Shown here: in pieces, positions 26,766 through 34,803 of the stretch
How the letters are laid out: each line of letters opens with the position of its first letter
Numbering within the stretch: position 1 is the stretch's first letter
Assembly: GCA_049642705.1 (NCBI GenBank)
Contig: JBARPB010000004.1
Span: forward strand, 1-44,370
Reading direction: 5' to 3'
Length of the DNA: 44,370 bases
Source: Candidatus Omnitrophota bacterium
GTDB lineage: Bacteria > Omnitrophota > Gorgyraeia > JABMRN01 > RBG-13-46-9
Notes under the pieces: generated by a model
Seen by the model: only the letters and a program-made list of their open reading frames with translations
What the model was told of the DNA's origin: nothing
The model's database searches: none
Position numbers and translations under genes: made by a program

Positions 26766-27488
26766 ATGAAAAAAGTATCCTTCACAAAGGGCGCTTTTGG
26801 AGTAATTATTTTTTTCATTTTCGCCGCTACGCTTTTTCTGCTCGTGCGAGAAAAGATTCCTATCGGGGATTTTTTCCGCAGGAAGAGAATCGATATAGGC
26901 GCTGTCATAAGGTATTTCCCGTTTTCGAAAGAAAATTCTCTCAGGGAATGGGAAGAGAAAATATTAAAAGGTCAAGTTGTTTACGTTATCGAAAAGGGAA
27001 ATGCCCTATCGTACGTCAGGGCAAAAAGCGAAAAAGCGGCCTCGGCTTTGTATTACAAGATAAAGCTGAACGTAAAAAAGCGCCCCCGGATAAGCTGGAG
27101 GTGGCGCGTCGATAAATTTCCCGAGAGAACCCTTCCCGAAAGGATAGAGAATAAAAAAGAGGAAGATTTTGCCGCCCGCGTCTATGTCATTTTCCCGGCC
27201 GCCTTTTTTACCAGATCAAAGTGCATAGAATACATATGGGCACAGACGCTTCCGGTAGGAACGTGCGGGCAAAGCGGGTACTCGAAAAATATAAAAGTTA
27301 TGGTGCTTGCGAAGGGAGGGGCGGACGCCTGGCATTCGGAAGAAAGGGATATAGTCGCCGATTATGTTAAATTATTCGGGAAAGAGCCAAGGCTTAACGT
27401 GGGCGCCATAGCGTTTATGACAGACGCGGATTCAACGGGTACTTACGCCGACGCTGTTTACGACGAAATAAAAATAGGGTATAGATGA
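26766..27488 (+). CDS. DUF3047 domain protein with N-terminal membrane anchor
   Basis: RISWRWRVDKFP...EDFAARVYVIFP pattern as I remember DUF3047. GTG 26760 is an alternative start. Confidence 0.6.
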   Translation: MKKVSFTKGAFGVIIFFIFAATLFLLVREKIPIGDFFRRKRIDIGAVIRYFPFSKENSLREWEEKILKGQVVYVIEKGNALSYVRAKSEKAASALYYKIKLNVKKRPRISWRWRVDKFPERTLPERIENKKEEDFAARVYVIFPAAFFTRSKCIEYIWAQTLPVGTCGQSGYSKNIKVMVLAKGGADAWHSEERDIVADYVKLFGKEPRLNVGAIAFMTDADSTGTYADAVYDEIKIGYR

Positions 27489-27898
27489 GAATAAGGTTTA
27501 TTACAAAAAACCCGCTTCAGACCAAGTATCTCGTATTAATTCTGATTTCGATTCTCGTGCCCTTATTTATCGTCGGGGGGTGCCTCTATTACCTTATATT
27601 TCAGATTATGGCCGAACAGCTGGCCATACCGGAGGCGATCGCCTACAACCTGTTCCCCGTTGTGGAAAGAATTAATTTCCTGCTTATCGTGGGCGTGCCC
27701 CCTATAGTAATTCTCCTTTTTATCTGGGGTGCGGTTTTGAGCCACAGGCTGATAGGCCCGCTCGAGCGGCTTGAAAATGACTTGAGGAAAATTTCAGACG
27801 GTGATTATTCCATGCGCCTCAAAATACGCAAAGACGATGACCTGCGCCCCATAGCCGACGCGATAAACAAAATTATCGATAAACTGGAAAAAAAGTGA
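27485..27898 (+). CDS. membrane protein consisting of 2 TM helices plus a HAMP domain, no output domain
   Basis: SHRLIGPLERLENDLRKISDGDYSMRL...DDDLRPIADAINKIIDKL matches the HAMP pattern. 137 aa, ATGA overlap upstream and GTGA overlap downstream. Confidence 0.7.
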   Translation: MRIRFITKNPLQTKYLVLILISILVPLFIVGGCLYYLIFQIMAEQLAIPEAIAYNLFPVVERINFLLIVGVPPIVILLFIWGAVLSHRLIGPLERLENDLRKISDGDYSMRLKIRKDDDLRPIADAINKIIDKLEKK

Positions 27899-28719
27899 AC
27901 CCGGGCAAAATACACCCTACCGCCATCATCGGAAGACACGCCGAAATAGACACAAGCGTTGAAATAGGGCCTTACGCCATTGTCGAGGACGGCGTCGTGA
28001 TAAGCAAAAACGTAAAAATTTATGCCCGCGCCTATATCTCGGACGGCACCGAAATAGGCGAGGGGACAGAGGTTCACATGGGAGCGGTTCTGGGGCACCT
28101 CCCGCAGGACCTCGCGTTCGAAGGCAAAAAGACCTATCTAAAAATCGGCAAAAAGACCATTATAAGGGAATACGTAACAATCCATAGGGGTACGAAAGAG
28201 GGTACGACAACCGAAATAGGCAACGAAAATTTTCTCATGGCGCTCTCCCACGTCGGCCACAACTCGGTTCTAGGAGACAAGGTTATCCTGGCTAACGGAG
28301 TGCTTCTCGGCGGTTATGTTAACGTGGAAGACCAGGTTTTCATATCCGGAAACGTCGTCGTGCACCAATTCTGCAAAATAGGAACCCTCGCAATGATAGG
28401 GGGATTTTCGGGGGTGAATAAAGACGTCCCTCCCTATATGGCGGTGAGGGGCCCGTCGGTCGTCTGGTCAATAAACCTTATCGGCCTGAGGAGGGCGGGC
28501 TTCAAGCACAATGTCATAAAGGAAATAAAAGACGCATTCAAGTTGATTTACAAATCCGGCCTAAATACCAAGCAGGCAATCGACGAAATCTTAAAGAAAA
28601 AACCCGGCGAGGAGGTAAAGTACCTCGTGGAGTTCATAAAGAAGTCGAAACGCGGCATATGTAAATACAGGTGGGCGTCGGACGATAAAGAATTCTTCGA
28701 GCAAGAAAAAGGAGGTTGA
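27895..28719 (+). CDS. lpxA: acyl-ACP--UDP-N-acetylglucosamine O-acyltransferase
   Basis: Left-handed beta-helix hexapeptide repeats, HMGAVLG..PQDL, IGNENFLMALSHVGHN, helical C-terminus. Confidence 0.9.
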   Translation: MNPGKIHPTAIIGRHAEIDTSVEIGPYAIVEDGVVISKNVKIYARAYISDGTEIGEGTEVHMGAVLGHLPQDLAFEGKKTYLKIGKKTIIREYVTIHRGTKEGTTTEIGNENFLMALSHVGHNSVLGDKVILANGVLLGGYVNVEDQVFISGNVVVHQFCKIGTLAMIGGFSGVNKDVPPYMAVRGPSVVWSINLIGLRRAGFKHNVIKEIKDAFKLIYKSGLNTKQAIDEILKKKPGEEVKYLVEFIKKSKRGICKYRWASDDKEFFEQEKGG

Positions 28720-28720
28720 T

Positions 28721-29068
28721 ATGGCAGCGAAAAAAGCGGACATTCAGAAGGACTTCACGAAGTTCCTGGATCAGACCAAAGACGGTTTCAGGAAGTTCGG
28801 AAAAGAGTTAAGCGTTTTAGCCAAGAAGAGCGAGAAAGAAATCGTCAAGGTTTCCAAGGCCGGAAAAATACAGTTCGATATCATGAATTTAACCATGCAG
28901 AAGGAGAAACTCTACTACGATATCGGCAAGAAAATCGTCTCACTAAGCGCGAAAAAGAAATCGGACATCCCGGAACTCGCGCCGTTCTGGAATAAATTGC
29001 GCAAGCTTGAGTCAGGCGCGAGAAAGAAAAAAAGGGAGCTCTCGGGTTTCAGGAAAGAAAAGAAATAA
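28721..29068 (+). CDS. hypothetical Lys-rich coiled-coil protein (115 aa)
   Basis: ORF with GGAGG RBS. No motif recognised. Confidence 0.6.
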   Translation: MAAKKADIQKDFTKFLDQTKDGFRKFGKELSVLAKKSEKEIVKVSKAGKIQFDIMNLTMQKEKLYYDIGKKIVSLSAKKKSDIPELAPFWNKLRKLESGARKKKRELSGFRKEKK

Positions 29069-29073
29069 GCGGC

Positions 29074-30174
29074 ATGCCTAAAAACCGCGAAGCGGCCCGG
29101 AAATATAACAGGACAAGGGTCCGCTTAAGGTTAGCCGGTATACTTTGTACAATCCTGTACCTGGCCCTGTTTCAGTTTCTTGTTTCCGGCCGTCTAAAAC
29201 TATTCGCGATTTCCGTTACGCCCAATTTTAGTTACGCCTTCACGCTGTATCTATTTGTGTTCAGCCTTCTTTACTACGCGCTCGATTTTCCGATGCATTT
29301 TTATTCCGGTTTTATTCTGGAGCACAAATTTCGGCTGTCGAGGCAGAACTTTTTTGCGTGGCTTAAAGACGACGTTAAAAGAGGATTATTGTCCCTTGCC
29401 ATATTTCTCGTGTTTATACACGTCCTCTACCTATTTTTGCAAAAGTTTGCCGCGACGTGGTGGATCTGGATAGCGGTTTTCTACCTTTTCGCCACGGTTA
29501 TTCTCGCCAGGGTAGCCCCGCTTGTTATAATACCGTTATTCTTCAAGTATTATCCGGTAGGGGATAATCTTAAGAAAAGGATAATAGAGCTCTCCGGAAA
29601 ATGCGGCATAAGGATTCTCGATGTCTACAAAATAGATTTTAGCCGAAAAACCAACAAGCTGAACGCCGCCGTAGTAGGCATGGGCAAGACGAGAAGGGTG
29701 CTTCTCGCCGATAATCTCATCGAAAATTTCACCGAAGACGAAATAGCAGGCGTCCTCGCGCACGAATTCGGCCACCACAAGATGCTTCACGTCTGGAAAA
29801 TACTTGCCTTCGGTGCAATTTCGACATTCGTTTCCTTCTACGTGTTATATGTTGTCTCGTCGGGGATAGCAGGCGCTCTCGGCGCGGAACATATTTACGA
29901 CATGAAGGTATTTCCGGCGTTCATGCTGGTTCTTTTCCTCGTAGGATTTTTGCTAATGCCGCTTCAGAACGGCTTCTCACGGCATCTTGAGAGAGGGGCC
30001 GACCTCTTCGCGCTAAAGGCGATACAAAACCGCGGTGTCTTTATATCGCTTATGACGAAACTCGCCGAGCGAAACCTCGCCGACCCGAACCCGCCGAAAC
30101 TCGTGAAACTGCTTTTCTACGACCACCCACCCATTCCTGAACGAATCAAAATGGCAGAGAAGTTTTCTCCTTGA
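29074..30174 (+). CDS. M48 family (Ste24/HtpX-like) membrane zinc metallopeptidase
   Basis: Multiple TM helices, HEFGHH zinc motif, downstream E..AD. Confidence 0.85.
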   Translation: MPKNREAARKYNRTRVRLRLAGILCTILYLALFQFLVSGRLKLFAISVTPNFSYAFTLYLFVFSLLYYALDFPMHFYSGFILEHKFRLSRQNFFAWLKDDVKRGLLSLAIFLVFIHVLYLFLQKFAATWWIWIAVFYLFATVILARVAPLVIIPLFFKYYPVGDNLKKRIIELSGKCGIRILDVYKIDFSRKTNKLNAAVVGMGKTRRVLLADNLIENFTEDEIAGVLAHEFGHHKMLHVWKILAFGAISTFVSFYVLYVVSSGIAGALGAEHIYDMKVFPAFMLVLFLVGFLLMPLQNGFSRHLERGADLFALKAIQNRGVFISLMTKLAERNLADPNPPKLVKLLFYDHPPIPERIKMAEKFSP

Positions 30175-30199
30175 CAGGAAGTAGTAATTAGGTTAGAAT
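30171..30199 (+). promoter_or_regulatory. sigma-70-type promoter TTGACA-17 nt-TAGAAT for the rib operon
   Basis: -35 at 30171-30176 (contains the M48 gene TGA stop) and -10 at 30194-30199. The predicted TSS sits at the 5' edge of the riboswitch. Confidence 0.65.
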
Positions 30200-30203
30200 A
30201 CAC

Positions 30204-30325
30204 GTATATCTTCGGGGTGAGGTGAAAATCCTCAACCGGTAGTGAAAGCCTACGAGCCCTGAGAAGACGGGGCAGATTCGGTGGAATTCCGAAGCCGATG
30301 GTCAAAGTCCAGATGGGAGAAGATT
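30204..30325 (+). promoter_or_regulatory. FMN riboswitch (RFN element) aptamer
   Basis: TCTTCGGGGTGAGGTGAAAATCCTCAACCGGTAGTGAAAGCC...GATTCGGTGGAATTCCGAAGCCGATGGTCAAAGTCCAGATGGGAGAAGA matches the conserved RFN core and closes P1 (ATCTTC/GAGAAGAT). Lies upstream of ribBA. Confidence 0.92.
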
Positions 30326-30347
30326 AGAAGACAGGTTGTATAGATTG

Positions 30348-30382
30348 ACGAACCCCGAAGAAATTCGGGGTTCGTTATTTTT
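30348..30382 (+). terminator. riboswitch expression-platform terminator
   Basis: ACGAACCCCGAA / TTCGGGGTTCGT 12-bp stem with loop GAAA, then TATTTTT immediately before ATG 30383. Confidence 0.85.
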
Positions 30383-31582
30383 ATGAAGCTCAACAATATT
30401 AACGAAGTAGTCGAAGATTTAAAACAGGGCAAGGTCATCGTCGTTATCGATGACGCGTCGCGCGAAAACGAAGGAGACCTTATTATGGCCGCCTCCAGGG
30501 TGACGCCGTCGGCGATAAACTTCATGGCCAAATTCGGCAGGGGGCTTATCTGTGTTCCCATGGAGCGAGGGGACCTCGAGCGGCTCAACTTAAGTCCCAT
30601 GTCAAGCGAGTTAAAAGACCCTTACCGGACCGCCTGGGCCATTTCCGTAGACGCAAAAGACGGCATTACAACCGGCATATCGGCGCACGACAGGGCTCAT
30701 ACGATAAAACTTCTTTCCGGTAAACGCGGCCGTCCCGGCGATTTTATAAAACCCGGACACGTGTTTCCGCTCTGCGCCAAAGAAGGCGGGGTCCTTGTAA
30801 GGGCCGGGCATACGGAGGCGTGCATTGATTTGCTGAAAATGTCCGGACTTGCGCCTGCGGGCGTTATTTGCGAAATCATGAACGAAGACGGGACAATGGC
30901 GAGGACGCCGGAGCTCTTGGAATTTGCCGAAAGGCACGCCTTGAAAATCTGCACGATAGAGAAATTAATCCACCACAGGCGCAAATGCGAGAAATTGGTT
31001 GAGCGGGTTTCCGAAGCAACCCTGCCGTCGGAGTACGGGATGTTCAGGGCCATTACATACAGGTCAAAGATTACCGACGAGTATCATATAGCCCTTGTAA
31101 AAGGGGATGTACAGAAAGGCACCACCCTTGTGAGGGTTCATTCGCAGTGTTTAACGGGCGATGTATTTCATTCTTTTAGGTGCGACTGCGGCAAGCAGCT
31201 CGAGAAAGGGTTAAATATAATTTCAAGGGCGAGGAAAGGCGTTTTGCTTTACTTGAGGCAGGAGGGAAGGGGTATAGGCCTCGGTAATAAAATGAGGGCC
31301 TACGAACTTCAGGATAAGGGGCTTGACACGGTTGAAGCGAACGAATACCTTGGGTTCAAGCCGGACCTCAGGGACTACGGCATAGGGGCGCAGATTTTGG
31401 TGGACCTGGGACTTAAGAAAATAAAACTGCTTACGAACAACCCGCAAAAAATCGTGGGGCTGGACGGGTACGGGTTAAGGGTTCTGAAGCGGATACCGTT
31501 AGAGGTAAAGCCGACCAGAGTAAACAGGAAGTATCTGAAGACAAAGAGGGAAAAATTAGGGCATGTTTTGAGGCATGCATAG
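30383..31582 (+). CDS. ribBA: bifunctional 3,4-dihydroxy-2-butanone-4-phosphate synthase / GTP cyclohydrolase II
   Basis: [11 protein letters not shown] (RibB) and [15 protein letters not shown] zinc motif (RibA), 399 aa. Confidence 0.96.
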   Translation: MKLNNINEVVEDLKQGKVIVVIDDASRENEGDLIMAASRVTPSAINFMAKFGRGLICVPMERGDLERLNLSPMSSELKDPYRTAWAISVDAKDGITTGISAHDRAHTIKLLSGKRGRPGDFIKPGHVFPLCAKEGGVLVRAGHTEACIDLLKMSGLAPAGVICEIMNEDGTMARTPELLEFAERHALKICTIEKLIHHRRKCEKLVERVSEATLPSEYGMFRAITYRSKITDEYHIALVKGDVQKGTTLVRVHSQCLTGDVFHSFRCDCGKQLEKGLNIISRARKGVLLYLRQEGRGIGLGNKMRAYELQDKGLDTVEANEYLGFKPDLRDYGIGAQILVDLGLKKIKLLTNNPQKIVGLDGYGLRVLKRIPLEVKPTRVNRKYLKTKREKLGHVLRHA

Positions 31583-31606
31583 ATGGCGAAAAATAGGAGG
31601 TATAGC

Positions 31607-32071
31607 ATGAAGGTAGTAAAAGGGGATTTGATCGCGAAGGGCTTAAGTTTCGGTATCGTTGTTTCGAGGTTCAACGAGTTTATATCGTCCAAGCTTCTCG
31701 ACGGAGCCGAGGATGCGCTTACCCGGCACGGCGCGGACGAAAAGGATATATCTGTTTTGTGGGTGCCCGGCTCGTTCGAAATTCCGGCCGTCGCATCGCG
31801 GCTTGCCAGGTCGAAGAAGTACGACGCAGTAATTTGCCTCGGCGCAGTGATAAGGGGCGAGACACCCCATTTTAACTACATATCAAACGAGGTAGCCAAG
31901 GGCGTAGCGCATGTCGCATTAAGCGGGGATATCCCATGCATATTCGGGATTATCACCGCGGATACCCTTGAGCAGGCGATAGAGCGCGCGGGGACAAAAA
32001 GCGGAAACAAGGGAAGGGACGCCGCGCTTTCCGCTATCGAGATGGCCAACCTCTATAAGAAAGTGAAGTAA
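31607..32071 (+). CDS. ribH: 6,7-dimethyl-8-ribityllumazine synthase
   Basis: [41 protein letters not shown] before ATG 31607. Confidence 0.96.
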   Translation: MKVVKGDLIAKGLSFGIVVSRFNEFISSKLLDGAEDALTRHGADEKDISVLWVPGSFEIPAVASRLARSKKYDAVICLGAVIRGETPHFNYISNEVAKGVAHVALSGDIPCIFGIITADTLEQAIERAGTKSGNKGRDAALSAIEMANLYKKVK

Positions 32072-32073
32072 CC

Positions 32074-32493
32074 GTGCGCAACAGGACGAGGGCGCGCGAA
32101 TGCGCGCTTAAGATACTGTACGCCATTGACGTAAGGAAAGACCCGCCGGGTGAGTGCACCCGGACTTTCTGGGAAGACCACCCCGCTATAAAGGATGAGA
32201 TAAGGGAATTTTCCGTTTTTTTAGTCGACGGCGTTTGTAAAAACATGGATCCCATCAATTCGATAATTTCCAAATACGCCACAAATTGGCAAATTCAGAG
32301 GATGCCGATAATCGACAGGAATATACTGAGGATCGCCACCTTTGAACTTTTGTTCGCGGGCGATATACCGCCGAAGGTTTCCATAAACGAAGCCATCGAA
32401 ATGGCAAAGAGATACGGCGACAAAGATTCGGGCAAATTCGTCAACGGCGTCCTCGACAAAATAAATAAATCCGAAGAAAGAACCGCCGAATGA
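32074..32493 (+). CDS. nusB: transcription antitermination factor NusB
   Basis: RTRARECALKILY, IDRNILRIATFEL, INEAIEMAKRYG..DSGKFVNGVLDK. GTG start. Confidence 0.93.
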   Translation: MRNRTRARECALKILYAIDVRKDPPGECTRTFWEDHPAIKDEIREFSVFLVDGVCKNMDPINSIISKYATNWQIQRMPIIDRNILRIATFELLFAGDIPPKVSINEAIEMAKRYGDKDSGKFVNGVLDKINKSEERTAE

Positions 32494-33335
32494 AATACGC
32501 CGACCTGCATGTCCACACCGACTTCTCCGACGGGACTTTCTCGCCCGAAGAGGTTGTAGATACCGCGAAGGAAAAGAAACTTTCCTGCATTGCTATCTGC
32601 GACCACGACTGCATCGATGCAATAGGACCCTCGATTAAACATGCCCGCGGAACGCAACTTGAAATCATACCGGGAGTCGAGCTCACGGTGATAAAAGACG
32701 GCAGGGAAATTCACGTGCTGGGGTATTTCATATCGTGGAAGGAGAGGTGGTTTCAGGAAGTACTTAGGAAGGTCCAGCGGGGAAGAATCGAAAGACTCGA
32801 TAAGATGCTGGAAAAACTAGAGAAGTTTGATATAAAATTAAAGAAGGATCGTGTAATTGAAATAGCCGGCGGCAAGGGCTCGGTCGGGAGGCTGCACCTG
32901 GCGCGGGCCCTTCTTGAGGCGAAAGCGGTTTCGTCGATTCAAATGGCGTTCAACAAATACATAGGCGATTTCAGGCCCTGTTATGTGGAAGATGTCGGCT
33001 TCGGGGCGAAGGAAGCACTCGAGGTCATATTGCGGGCGAAGGGCGTACCGGTTCTGGCTCACCCCAGGACTATAAACGATGACTCGCTGGTGCAGGAACT
33101 TATAAAACTCGGGCTTCGCGGGATCGAGGCCTATCACACGGACCATCAATCACAAGACAGCAAAAAATACGAGAAAATGGCAAGGGATTACGGCCTTATC
33201 GTTACGGGTGGCTCCGATTGCCACGGCATGGGAAAGGGGAGGGTGCTCCTTGGCAGCGTCAAGGTCCCCTACAGCGTGGTGGAGCAGCTTAAGCAGGAGG
33301 CGGAGAGAATAAGGGAAAATGGTAAAATATCATGA
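32490..33335 (+). CDS. PHP-domain phosphoesterase, TrpH/YciV-like
   Basis: ADLHVHTDFSDG, AICDHD, LAHP, GGSDCHG motifs. Overlaps nusB by 4 nt and ribD by 17 nt. Confidence 0.85.
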   Translation: MKYADLHVHTDFSDGTFSPEEVVDTAKEKKLSCIAICDHDCIDAIGPSIKHARGTQLEIIPGVELTVIKDGREIHVLGYFISWKERWFQEVLRKVQRGRIERLDKMLEKLEKFDIKLKKDRVIEIAGGKGSVGRLHLARALLEAKAVSSIQMAFNKYIGDFRPCYVEDVGFGAKEALEVILRAKGVPVLAHPRTINDDSLVQELIKLGLRGIEAYHTDHQSQDSKKYEKMARDYGLIVTGGSDCHGMGKGRVLLGSVKVPYSVVEQLKQEAERIRENGKIS

Positions 33336-33756
33336 AAGATTCATGATGCGGGCGATTTGGCTTGCGGAGAAGGCGGAAGGGAAGACATACCCGAATCCGC
33401 TCGTCGGGGCCCTTGTCGTAAAAGACGGCAGGATTGTAAGCGAGGGATATCACAAAAAAGCGGGCACTCCTCACGCCGAAATCACAGCCTTGAGGAAAGC
33501 CGGGAAAAAAGCGAAAGGAGCCGAGCTATACGTCAGTCTCGAGCCGTGCACTCATTTCGGAAGAACGCCCCCTTGCGTAAACAGCATTATTAAAAGCGGC
33601 GTAAAAAAAGTGTATATTGCCATGAAAGATCCCAATCCATTAGTAAACGGTAAGGGATTGAATATCTTAAGGAAAAACGGTATTATGGTAAAGACAGGGG
33701 TGTGCAAGAAGGAAGCGGAGAAGTTAAACAAGGCATATCTAGAGCGGGTAAAATAA
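33319..33756 (+). CDS. ribD: diaminohydroxyphosphoribosylaminopyrimidine deaminase (RibD N-terminal domain only)
   Basis: PNPLVGALVV, HAEI and LEPCTHFGRTPPC zinc motifs. The ORF stops at 145 aa, where full-length RibD continues into the reductase domain. Confidence 0.9.
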   Translation: MVKYHERFMMRAIWLAEKAEGKTYPNPLVGALVVKDGRIVSEGYHKKAGTPHAEITALRKAGKKAKGAELYVSLEPCTHFGRTPPCVNSIIKSGVKKVYIAMKDPNPLVNGKGLNILRKNGIMVKTGVCKKEAEKLNKAYLERVK

Positions 33757-33757
33757 A

Positions 33758-34405
33758 ATGTTCACAGGTATAATAGAAGAGACCGGTATTATAAAGGATA
33801 TCTCGAGAAAGGGCGATACGCACCGGTTATCCGTTTGCCTCCCGAAGAAACCGGATACGATAAAAATCGGGGACAGCATATCGGTAAACGGCGCGTGCCT
33901 GAGCGTAGTCGGCTTAGAAAAAAATCACCTTCTATTCGATATCACCGAAGAGACTTTCAGAAACACCTCCTTAAGACACATGAAGGCCGATGATATCGTC
34001 AATATCGAAAGGTCCCTCGGGTGGAAAGCCCGCTTAGAGGGCCATTTCGTTCTGGGGCACATTGACGGCGCGAGGAAGATAAGGTCTATAAAAAAAGGTG
34101 CACACCCTCATATGGACATAACGATTTTGCCCGGCGACAAAATTTACGTTGTAAAAAAAGGCTCTATCGCCATAGACGGGATAAGCCTGACGGTGGGTGC
34201 ACTTTACGAAACTGCCGTTCGCGTATTCCTTATTCCGCACACACAGAGCAACACGAATCTGAAGCACAAAAAAGCGGGCGATGAGGTGAATATAGAGTTT
34301 GACATTCTGGGAAAATATGTGAAAAACAGATTATTATACGGAAAAAACGGTTCATCTGCCGTTACCGAAGAATTGCTAAAAAATAGCGGATTTATTTGCT
34401 TATAG
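33758..34405 (+). CDS. ribE: riboflavin synthase alpha chain
   Basis: MFTGIIEETG, internal duplication (SISVNGACLSV / SIAIDGISLTV), 215 aa. Confidence 0.95.
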   Translation: MFTGIIEETGIIKDISRKGDTHRLSVCLPKKPDTIKIGDSISVNGACLSVVGLEKNHLLFDITEETFRNTSLRHMKADDIVNIERSLGWKARLEGHFVLGHIDGARKIRSIKKGAHPHMDITILPGDKIYVVKKGSIAIDGISLTVGALYETAVRVFLIPHTQSNTNLKHKKAGDEVNIEFDILGKYVKNRLLYGKNGSSAVTEELLKNSGFICL

Positions 34406-34424
34406 TAAAATTATATGGTATATT
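34396..34424 (+). promoter_or_regulatory. sigma-70-type promoter TTGCTT-17 nt-(TGg)TATATT
   Basis: -35 at 34396-34401, extended -10 TGGTATATT at 34416-34424. AAAGGAGG RBS before ATG 34449. Confidence 0.55.
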
Positions 34425-34448
34425 TACTTTAAGAAAAAGGAGGTAAGG

Positions 34449-34775
34449 ATGAAAAAAATTGTTGTACTCATATCATTAATAGCGATTCTTTTCGCGTCAA
34501 GTGCGTATGCGGACACGATGCTCAAGAAACTCGGCCGTGGCGCGGCAAATATAATCACGTGCCCTCTTGAAATACCTTACCGGATAGGCCGGGCGAACGA
34601 GGAAAGCGGGCCGTTTGCCGCTTTTACATGGGGCATATTAGACGGATTTTGCAGGACGGCCATGAGATTCATTGTCGGCGGATACGAAGTGATTTCATTT
34701 CCTATACCTTTTCCGCCGAATTACGAACCCATAATTGACGATCCGGAATTTTTCCTGGAAGAGGGGATGTACTAA
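34449..34775 (+). CDS. small secreted protein, exosortase-system-associated TIGR04073-like family
   Basis: Signal peptide plus KLGRGAANIITCPLEIP and GGYEVISFPIPFP, as I remember this family. Confidence 0.6.
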   Translation: MKKIVVLISLIAILFASSAYADTMLKKLGRGAANIITCPLEIPYRIGRANEESGPFAAFTWGILDGFCRTAMRFIVGGYEVISFPIPFPPNYEPIIDDPEFFLEEGMY

Positions 34776-34803
34776 TTAAAAAAGTAAGAAAATCGGAGGC
34801 TAC

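Noticed and set aside
33357-33593. Alternative-frame 78-aa ORF inside ribD, and the 72-aa ORF at 29255-29473 inside the M48 gene
   Set aside because: These are same-strand out-of-frame ORFs within genes that carry strong family motifs. Their products are Arg/Ser-rich and low-complexity.
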